From Marsupella aquatica (lineage: Eukaryota; Plantae; Marchantiophyta), in assembly GCA_973895155.1 (NCBI GenBank), contig OZ316892.1, positions 24,375,971 through 24,439,970 on the forward strand: a stretch of DNA of 64,000 bases, in the 5' to 3' direction. Made by a program: the position numbers and the translations under genes. The notes beneath the pieces were generated by a model, which saw nothing but the letters and a program-made list of their open reading frames with translations, did no database searches and was not told the origin of the DNA. Of this stretch, positions 12,921 to 22,626 are shown in pieces; the first letter of the stretch is position 1; every line of letters starts with the position of its first letter.

Positions 12921-13658
12921 ATGCCGACAAGGACTTCAAACATAAAGAAAGCAACACAGTCTGGGGATGGAGGAGCCTCTTCAGCAGAGGTATTGCGTAT
13001 TCCATTATTCTTTGAGCAAGAGATTCTACAAACCAGCCCTCATGTTTGTGCAATTTGTGAGCATGGTGGAAAGCTGGTAATTTGCGATGGACCATGTCAC
13101 AGGCAGTTTCATTATGTGGTTGGCGATGAAGCCCCCGACGATTCTTGCCCTTGTGTAGTCCTTCCTATACATCATGGAGGGAAGCCATGGTTTTGCCCAA
13201 ATTGTAACAAGGATCAAGCCATGTGTTATGGGTGCGGCATTGTTGGTCCGTCACCTGAAATTGTGCGGAAATGCCCCGATCGTTTTTGTGTTCGATTTTA
13301 TTGCTTGCAGTGTTTGGTAGTTGATGCAAAGTCCTGCCCACTACACACATGTGTGACATGTTATCAGAGTCTTGAGGGTGAGATGGTCAAGAACATGGTA
13401 CAATGTCTACGATGTCCTAAAGCCTGGCATACAGATTGTCTCTCCAAGATCAAAAGCAAAGGGTTTGCTCATGATAGGGAGATCTGGGACCATGAAGCAC
13501 ATGGACAACAGCGACAGATGTTCTATTGCCCCCGTCATCCTATTGATCCACACCTCAACACTCATCGTGAAAGGTTCACCCAAGGGTCTTCGTTCCAAAT
13601 CTTACAACATAAGTGGGCCTGTTTGTGGTACTTGTTGTCAAGACGACGACAACAATAG
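12921..13658 (+). CDS. EDM2/NSD-like tandem PHD-finger protein (cargo inside the transposon, C-terminally truncated)
   Basis: CAICEHGGKLVICDGPCHRQFH...WFCPNC...CYGC...C..RFC.RFYC..C...CPLHTC..C...CLRCPKAWH..CL...R.IWD...MFYCPRHPIDPHLNT follows the EDM2 PHD region motif by motif. Similarity ends at about 13563. Confidence 0.75.
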   Translation: MPTRTSNIKKATQSGDGGASSAEVLRIPLFFEQEILQTSPHVCAICEHGGKLVICDGPCHRQFHYVVGDEAPDDSCPCVVLPIHHGGKPWFCPNCNKDQAMCYGCGIVGPSPEIVRKCPDRFCVRFYCLQCLVVDAKSCPLHTCVTCYQSLEGEMVKNMVQCLRCPKAWHTDCLSKIKSKGFAHDREIWDHEAHGQQRQMFYCPRHPIDPHLNTHRERFTQGSSFQILQHKWACLWYLLSRRRQQ

Positions 13659-14815
13659 TTACAAGAAAACTCCAAAGAATGTAAACACGCCGTTAACATC
13701 AACCTCGAACGAATTGGAACTCCTGCATCATTCATTCCGCAGAATTCAATGCGGAGAGGATTCTGCCTATCTCCAGGATCAGTACCACCCATCCACAATG
13801 CTCCTATACCGATGGGGAGAACTTTGAGTCGCACGAGTCTCTTGTACAACCGGCGTGCACGTTTGACACGATTTTCAAGGAAGACAGCCATTTGTCACAA
13901 TACCTGTTGTCCACAGAGTGCAATCGACCTTCCGTTGTGCCTCCTAAACCCGACAACACTATGATATCAGAGATGAAGATGAGTCTCCAAACAAAACAAA
14001 GGAAAATGATTCTCACAGGAGGATGCGATAAGTTTATCGCACTCCACATTCGAATTGAAAATATGACTTCCTCAGACACCTAAGCCCTGAATTCAATCTT
14101 TCACAAAAATGACAACTCCGATAAATTTATCGGATTCTCAATTACTCCTCTTTCCATGAAAGGAATGAAGACTCTGATAAATTTATCGGAATGAAGGCAA
14201 CACCTCTCTAAACACTGGATCAAATGATTGCAACAGAGGAATGCAAAATGCGATAAATTTATCGCAGTCCGCTCGGATCTGGACATTTTACACTAAATGA
14301 CTAGTTAGTCTTACATGGAGAACTTGAACAGGAATGGCTGTTCCGATAAATTTATCGGGTTTTCGGTAGAAAGAGTCGAATCGCTTGGGAGGAATGTAAG
14401 ACTCGATGGGAGTTTGGTATTCGCTCTCAGTCAGGAGATATTTGCTCTGGCGAAAGCAAACGTTTTATGGCAGCCCGCTCCTCTTTATATAGGAGATGCT
14501 CTAAACCATGGTTAATTTCCCCTTAACCATGGTTAAGTTTCCCCTTAACCATGGTTAAGTTTCCCCTTTACCTGGGTTAGTGTGTGGTCATTCCTGGATT
14601 ACGCGGTTTGGACCAAGTTACTCGCAGTTCGGAATTTTTCACTGACGGAATGTAAAACCCGATGCACGTATCGCTCCCTGCATTCCCGCGGCGATGCAAT
14701 GGAGGAAAGTGGCGTTTCGGAGAGTTTTTGCCAGTTTTATCGGTCATTGCATTGCCTTAGAAAAAAAACAGGATTGGGCTAAACGAGAACTCCGACACAC
14801 TTCTCGGTCGGTCCG
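13562..14815 (-). mobile_element. Second Sola-like end or derivative element with a short unknown ORF (13562-13891)
   Basis: Five palindromes (14026-14357), TATATAAAG on the minus strand at about 14483-14491, and end motif TTCTCGGTCGGTCCG followed by AAAT, an 18/19 match to 5300-5318. Confidence 0.45.
14503..14578. repeat. 22-bp tandem repeat containing the palindrome CTTAACCATGGTTAAG
   Basis: Two perfect 16-bp palindromes start at about 14522 and 14544, with degenerate copies on either side. Confidence 0.9.
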
Positions 14816-15225
14816 AAATAATTGTGTTCTTTGCAAAGTGCTCGATCAATCCATGGTAGTCACTGAAGTGCTCAACAACTTCTTTCCACGTATAGGCCAG
14901 CAAGTAGTCTGTTTCCGAGGTACACAACTTCTCAATAACACCTCCCCGACAAAAGAACCCACGTATAGTCTTGTCCTCTTCACCAAGTGGAAGGAAGCAA
15001 CAATGCACATCCTTGAAGAACTTGCGCACCATGACTGAACACTGAGTCTAGATCCCACGCTGCAATTTCTCTGTACTCAGGAAGAGTGCATTCTCCAAAA
15101 ATCACAAACGCAAGCCTACTTTGGTCTCAGCACTCTTAAACCAAAATCCTCCCGTAGAAAACCCAAGCTATACTCGAGTTAGCATGGACTACTCCTCATT
15201 CAAGTCGTCCACACCAATGTACTCA

Positions 15226-15579
15226 ACGTCTAACATGGCTTGATTCATTTGGAACGTCCTACAGAGCAATGTTACCACTTTAACGGCTCCCTCCACGATG
15301 TAAACATTGACGTCGTGATACCCTAAACACATTACATCCTTGACTACTATGTTAATATTGAACGACGACCAAAATGACGTTTAGGACAGCTCATCCAGAG
15401 ACGTTAATTTTAAACGTGTTTCCAACAACGTTAAAATGGGGGCAATCGGCGCTAAGATTTCTCCGACGTCTTAGTTACGTCGGACGTAGTTATAAGCATA
15501 GTCATGGCAGTCGTTAATATAATTAACGACGATTATGAGGAGGTATTGTTAGCATCCGACGCAACAAAATCTAGTTGTG
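15226..15579. mobile_element. CACTA-type right terminus with ACGT-rich subterminal repeats
   Basis: Ends ...gcaacaaaatctagttgtg, reverse complement CACAACTAGATTTTG. It is preceded by many acgacg/gacgtt motifs and followed by an abrupt junction to LINE sequence. Confidence 0.65.
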
Positions 15580-16630
15580 AGATACCAAAACTATTCAAAC
15601 TGGAGAACGCTAGAGCATATCAACTTCTAAGGCCAAAAGGTACTGATTCATCTCAATGGAATAGCATTTGGGGCTACACCAAATCAGAACCAGAGTGGAG
15701 AAGATTTTGGAAGATGTTGTGGACTTCATATCTCCCAACTAGCAAGGCTTTCTTCTGGAGGATTATTGCTCAAGGACTTTTCACAGGTAGTAGGGCTCAA
15801 AGAATCAGGAAGACAGACGGAGGCTGTGCTTTATGTCCAGGACACCTCAAAACCATCCCTCACCTTTTTGCAGAATGCACCTTTGCCAAGTGATGCTGGA
15901 GGCTGATAGAATTAAGCTTTCCTGGACAGTGTCATCTGCTGGGTGGGGTCCAATCTGATTGAGCTCTTAGAGTATGCTTGTGTGCGCTCTGTTAACGCTC
16001 TGGTGATGTTATTCATGGTATCTCAGAACCTGTGGTTGCTCTGGAAACCAAGGAGTAAACAGAGTTTTCAATCTACCGGACGCTCCTTTGATATCCATTT
16101 GCTCTTTTCAGAAGTTTCGGTGGCAAATTTTGCAGCAGCTTGCAGTCACCAGAATGGTTGGCGTCACCACTGGTTACTAAGGACACGAAGCCTTGTGGAA
16201 AAAGAGAAATTCAGATGGCTACAAGCTGGGGGTGGAAGGATTTATTCATATGGTCCCATTGAACGTGGGGACTGACCCCCGGTTTCCTTCTCTTTTACTC
16301 TGATTCTGTCACATTACTGATCAATGGACACTATTCCTTTTTCTCCCCCAGTTTTTTTTTGGGGGTTTATTTTTGTTTATGCATGCAGATTCACTCTTAG
16401 TATTTAGGTTATTGGGCTTCCCTGGTTGGGCCAGTTTGTTTATGTTGGCCTTTTCTCTCTGATTGTACTTGGAGAGTTTTTTGCCAATGTGTATGCTCGT
16501 GTGTATGGTTCTTATGGCTCTGTTGGTTTGCTTGTTCCCCTTTGACCGTGGGGTTTTCGCGGTCTTTATCATATACAAATTTTTTGGGTGTCTTTGGATG
16601 CTTGCCTGGATGCTTGGACACATATGAAAA
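15580..16630 (+). mobile_element. LINE (L1-like) 3' remnant: zf-RVT region and 3' UTR
   Basis: WRRFWKMLW...K.FFWRI...GL.TG.R......C.LC....ETI.HLF.EC.FA-like zinc-binding motif, with stops, then a T-rich tail. Confidence 0.75.
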
Positions 16631-19600
16631 GAACACGTAGAATCTAATATTCAATCTAGTACTCTTCCTTTGGGAACCATCACACATTTCAAATCCAATA
16701 TCAATATTCTCTCTCACTGATGTAACATCATTGCCCACCCTGCGCTACTTTCACTTGCAAGTTGACAGCCCGTCCATCTCTGTTATATCCAACAAAAAAA
16801 CAGCATTGTGAGAAGTATTCCTAAATCCATTGTTCCTCCTTTCAAAACGAGAATGTAAATCAAACTGCCAACAAACAAAGAGTGCGCAACCAGGAGATAT
16901 GGCCACACATGCGAAGGATCCAATCAAGGGGAGGCAACCAAAAGAGCAAAAATCCCGAAAGACCCGGGCATAGTTCTGACACAACAACACCCTGGCACAA
17001 AAGAATCCAAAAATCTAAACATACCTATGTACAAACTGAAGAGTTTGGTAGAGCTCCTGTGTGCACTTACAGGAGAGTCAAGCAATAGTCTCACCCCTAT
17101 AAAGAATAGTGAAAGACTGAGTCCTCTAAACAAATATAAACACAAGGGGTCCTCAATTGGTGCCATGGCCTGGATGAGCACATGTTGGTTCTTCAATGAC
17201 TACAGTAGCTAGTGGCCGGAAGCACTGCCGTTGCCCAGTCCTCTTCCCTTTCAATGGGCCCTTGGTCATGCAGAGAGTTCCTTGCCACACCGTCAGCGCC
17301 CCTCTGCTGTCCCTGTGAACCCGGCCAAAGCCCTGTGGGCAAAGAGGGCTGCAAGGAAACAGGGAACTCTTGATCCCCTAGAGACCTCAATGTCTAGGGA
17401 ATGAATATTCGTTTAATAAGCACCAAAACATGTCCTTCAGCTTGTCAGGTAAGTGTCATGCAATTTTTTATACTATTTGCCATGGAATGAATTTTTGTTG
17501 TTCTTGCGTGCCTTATGGGGGTCGCAGAGTGATGAGCTTGTGACAGCCGTCAGCTACGCCGTCACTTACGTGGGGAACTCAGGTGCTTCTCGTGGGCATC
17601 ATGTCTGTCATCCGGGCCCTGGCCCTCGTACCCTGCTTGGCCAAACTTTCTTTTCTTTTCTTATCCTTTTCTAGAGGCGCCTTTATGCCTGGCGGTCGGT
17701 CAGACTTCGTAACTACAGTAAAGGCATACCCACACTGCGGTACGCCGGTACGGCGTCCCGTAGGGAATTCTATTCGGTACAACAGTATACACTACTGTCC
17801 TTATTACCGTTCTTGTCCGGGGAACGGATTATAATCCCATGTTGTACGCGAAGTACCGTACGCACGGTACTAGATACGCACCGTACGCCAGGGTACTATT
17901 ATACTAGTAGTACCTGAGTACACACAGTCGTGAGTATACTCGCCACAAGATTGCTTTTTATTTTTATTCTATGAAATGAGTACTTTATTCATGTGAAAAG
18001 TGAAACTCAATAAAACAATTCAGTGAGACTCTAGAAAGTCATTCAGGTTAGCTGTCCACTCCTCCATTCCAGAAATAGACACGGAATGCAAGATGCGATG
18101 AACTTTCTCTGACCTTCCAAACAAACAGATTGGGAACGCAAAATGCCATAAAATTATTGCTAGCTTATCTTACCATCCCAAAATGAGGCCAGGAATGAAT
18201 GCTGAGATAAAAAAAATGTTGTGTGCTTGACAACAATTAGTGGTGGAACTTGACTATCTTAAAACTTAGTTCCGGCGTCACTGACTCTGACGTTGAGCTC
18301 CTCTATGGTCCAAGCTCGGAACAACCATCCGGTGAAGACTAAGTATGAAGAGACTAGTGGGCAACAAGGCGTTGCATTGGCAAAGACAAGATGTTAAGCT
18401 GGTGGCGCACACTAAGGACTTAGACTAGTTTGGGGCTGGTCGGGCCATGGGAAGGGGCCGGGCTCAAGGTGGACCGTTTGGATCCCAAATGAACTTTGAA
18501 TTTTGAGGGTTTGAGTGAGAGCTCCTCTTGGGCCCAAGTCTAACAAACTTTACTTCGTGCACAAGTGAACGGACGTTTGATGCATGAGTTATGGTGCGAC
18601 CCAAGTGCGGCCGCCCGGGACACCAAGTGATGACGGGTTCTGAGGTCCTAGGCATGAACATTGGGTTGGCCCGATCACAACGGGCTAATGTCCTCTGCCT
18701 ACGGACACCTAACTACAGTAGAAACTTATGGGCATAACAAGGTAGTTGCATGCCCATGTATGTGGGTTGGGGTCCAGGTAGGGTGCCAAAATTTGGGGAC
18801 CAAAGTAGGTCCGGGGTGACAAGTCTCCATATTAAGCATATATGAGGGGAGTGTTGTCTCCTTGGGGGCCAAGGGCGAGCCCAAATCGTGAGTCGCGGTG
18901 GTCGCGACACCAAGGGGGAGACGCCAAATGGAAACGACAATAACTTCCCAACGGGAAGTCCGTTGGAGGACTTCTTGGGTGCATTGGAAATCTCTCACGG
19001 ATGATTACATCCTCATGAGATCAGCTGGTTCTAGGGGTGCCATGGATTCTTGGGGTTTGCGGGGGTTATCTTGCCCGCTTGCCAAATCCTGCCAAAATAG
19101 CAGTCGAGTCACGTTCAGTTTCCCATGAGAGCTTGCATTGGGGAAGCAAGGCCAAGTAGGCATGAAGGTTGAGTTCCAAGTGCCCTTGGCCCCTAGGCTA
19201 TCAGTTGAGTGAGAATTGTGAGTTGGTTGCTAGAGTCGGGGCCATTATGGTCCAGACGTTTTAAGACAAGCTTTAGGACAAGCTACGCTAGTTGGGCCAG
19301 AGTCATGTCATTGGGGCAAGGCCCCAGGCAAGGCGGTCAGCCGATGACAAATAGGTACGTGGGGGAGCCCAAGCTGCACCCAAAGAGGGACTATTCTGGA
19401 CAAACAGTGGGTGTCGATTCTGGCTCTGGCTTATGGCAAGGCCACGCAAGCAAGGGAGGACCTATTCAATGACCTACTTACCAATGTCTATTGAGCTTGA
19501 GTTGAGATGTTAGTTTTGGAATGCCTCTGACTAGATCCTTTGGGTTGGTTACCGGAGTGCTTGGTTGCTTGCAGACAGCGAGGACTGTTAAGCGATAGTC

Positions 19601-20899
19601 GGGTTAGGGAGCAAGTGTGGCTTTGTATGGGAGTGGCCATCGGGGGTGCAAGAGGCATCAAGTTGCTTGCTCAAGGAGTTATGTGGAGGCGTTCAGGCAC
19701 CAAGGGCACTTAGGCGTGAGTGCTGGAATTGTGGCTAGGCCCGCAACTCAATTTCTGAATTCTTGATTATTAGGTTTATGGGGAGAAAATTCACATAATG
19801 TTTCTAAAAGGATTACAAGTTTGTATAAACATTTGGTACATTATGTTAGATAGACGCTTATAAGTCACTGCCAAAAGTAGACCACCGGCTTTCATAGTTT
19901 TTAGGCTAACTATGCTTAGTTGGTACCCGACCTTGGTTAAGATACAAGTAAGAAATTAAGGGAAACATGTGGTTATTTGACAACTGTGGGGTTGGGGTCC
20001 AAATTACCAATTTTGGTGATATCATTTCTTTTTGTCAAATTTATGAATGTGAGGGACAATCAGCGTACCGCTGTCTGGATTCCTCCGATCAAAGATGCAA
20101 TGGTGCCAGACAATGGTATGGCAGTCCGACATACTTTTTATTTGGGTTCACATTACTTGGAAAACAATTGGAATTGGCAAAAGTGGAAACGTGGTCACAC
20201 TTCTCGTTTGATCCAAAAGAGTCCTCTAGATTCCACTCAAGAACTAAAGCCTTGTCGACTGTTTGGAGCTTGCAACCTAATAGGAAAAGCAAGGTCACAT
20301 AGTCTCACAAGGAACATACAAGCCCACATACAAGCTGCATTTGCTGTACATTCTTCCAACATGATGGGAGGTATGTCAGTTTCTACCTTGAAACAGTTAA
20401 GATAGAAGAGGGTATGGCAATAGTCTACATGGTCTGCCAGGTTGGTGTGTCATCAAACAACAACATACTACATTTGGGGATCATCTCTCCAAGAACTCCA
20501 TTTGTTATCCTTCCAGCTCTACGGTATCCTTTGTGATCTAGCTAATGTCCATTGGGCCAGTCCCAAGGCGTACCACACAACAAAGTTCTTGATAATGGTT
20601 TATGAGAGTTAGACTTTGGCATATGAAATCATCCCATGAATTCACGTGAAACATGTCCAAGGATCATAAACCCAACTATCACCCATTGAGTTCTTGGCTC
20701 AGAAACCTCTACAAGAAATGATCAAAGCTTGACCGAGGGGTAAAAAAGCCTATCATTTCACAACGTTGTACTTTCACATGTTTATATCTTTCTGGCAAAC
20801 AGACAACTACTGTAGCTAGTTAAATATCCCAACCAGTCTGTCCTCTTCCTCAAAGAAGTGACATTCATCACTATCACTAAGAACCATCAGTGTAAAATT

Positions 20900-22274
20900 A
20901 AGGTGTATATGTTTGATGGGACCCCTAGCAGAACTTTTTTACCTGATGGGACCCTTTGAAATTATTGTTACCAACTAGGACCACTATGACACTTTTGTGT
21001 CATAAGTTCTTGTACTGTTCCTATAACAAGTTTTTGCTTAATATTGTGACCAACACAACTGTTGTGAAATTTATGGTGAATTGTGCCTGAATCACAAACA
21101 GCACTATCAGAAAGGAGACCCAACCTTGGATAGTCAATATACGATAGAAATAACCGTTAAGTAGTGGCTGCGGTTGTCCAAACTGCGATGTAACTTAAGT
21201 GAAGACAATAAGGTTGATGTCTTTGGGTTTGAATATACTGCGGTTTTCATTATGTTTTACTTAAACACAAGCTACCATGGTCTTTTCCCGGGTCTTTTAC
21301 CGATACAACTTAGTTAGGTGCAATCGTTCCTGGTGATATAAATAGGTGGAATACCAGGACTTCTAATACAATATGGGGATCAAATGTTCATGACTTTTCA
21401 TTTATCAAAACATGATCTTAGTCAGCTCACAACATAACATACTACTCAATAATTTGTCTTATTATTACTAGGCAGTAACCTCAGGACGCAAAGCATTCTA
21501 TAAGCCCCGCTATTATTGGAACTTTTTCAAAATGCATTTATAAGATTGATAAAGAAGTAGGGAAAAGTCCAGATAGCACGAAGAGCCCAACAAATCTGCT
21601 TTTGTCAAGAAATCCAAATGGCCCAAGTTTATGTACAGCAAGAGAATGTTTGAATAGCCGGAGATGATGAATAGCAAGAGCACCACACATATACAAAGTT
21701 AACATTTCTGGAAAACCCGACAATCAAATGTGGTGTTTTCCCAGCGTCGTGTAGTATGCCATGATCAACAATTAAATCCCATTCAGGAAATAGATTGCAA
21801 GAGCCTCTCGAAAGTCATGAATGTCATCACTAAGCAATAATCAAAAGCCTAAGCCCACAAGAAATCACGAGTGCCATCGCCTCTGCCCATATCGTAAAAA
21901 TACCAAAATCCACTACAAAACAATGACCGCCCCTAAAACCAACAAGACGGAAGTGTACTACCAAGCCCTAATTGATTTGAAGACACACAATAACGTTTTC
22001 ACCAAAAAACAACAAAAAACTGCGTCAATAAAGGGCTACCCTGAATGCAAATAGAGCCACTTGGTAAATTATAGAACAAAACTCCACAACAACATGATAA
22101 GCTAAGGTCAAAAATTGTATAGTTATCCCATTTAGAAAAACATACTGTACTGCTCATTAAGAGGGGTCTTAGTAGGCAACAAAACTTTCCCAGGAGTCAT
22201 AGTCTGTAACAAAACTCTCATAGGGGCCCCTCACCTAGAAATGCTTTGCTAGGGGTCCATCAAGCATATACCTT
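20900..22274. mobile_element. Non-autonomous Mutator-like element (MULE)
   Basis: Imperfect TIRs of about 100 bp (aaggtgtatatgtttgatgggacccctagca / tgctaggggtccatcaagcatatacctt). 10-bp TSD gtgtaaaatt at 20890-20899 and 22275-22284. Confidence 0.85.
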
Positions 22275-22626
22275 GTGTAAAATTTGATAACAATACAATG
22301 CACAATCAATGCCTATGCTCAGTACACTAGCAAGAGGAAGCACTAGGGAACACTAAAGGTTCTATAAAGAATGGTTTTAAAGTAATTGTACATTTCTACT
22401 TAAACTTTAATCAGAAGCAAATACCTAATGTAGAAGATCACGAGATCTCTTGAACAAAGAAATCCATGCCAACCATTAATTACATGCCAGTGAGGAACTG
22501 AGAGAATGGACTCAAGGAATCATTGCCAATGAAATCTGCTCATTCGGGACATTACCTCAAACTCTGGGAATTTAGAGCTTAGGCAATCCATAATCTACGA
22601 GAAGTTCATGAAATGTCACAATGGAA

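Noticed and set aside
15504-15893. 129-aa ORF as one gene
   Set aside because: It is chimeric: it reads from the CACTA terminus across the 15579 junction into LINE sequence.
16650-17400. Possible second LINE fragment on the minus strand
   Set aside because: Only a vague resemblance, with no diagnostic motif.
18240-20800. Short ORFs in a CpG-poor region
   Set aside because: They look like decayed retroelement sequence, and no motif could be assigned.
21540-21790. ENTTFDCRVF as a Ulp1 protease motif inside the MULE
   Set aside because: It is a single weak motif in a stop-rich frame, with no catalytic His region found.
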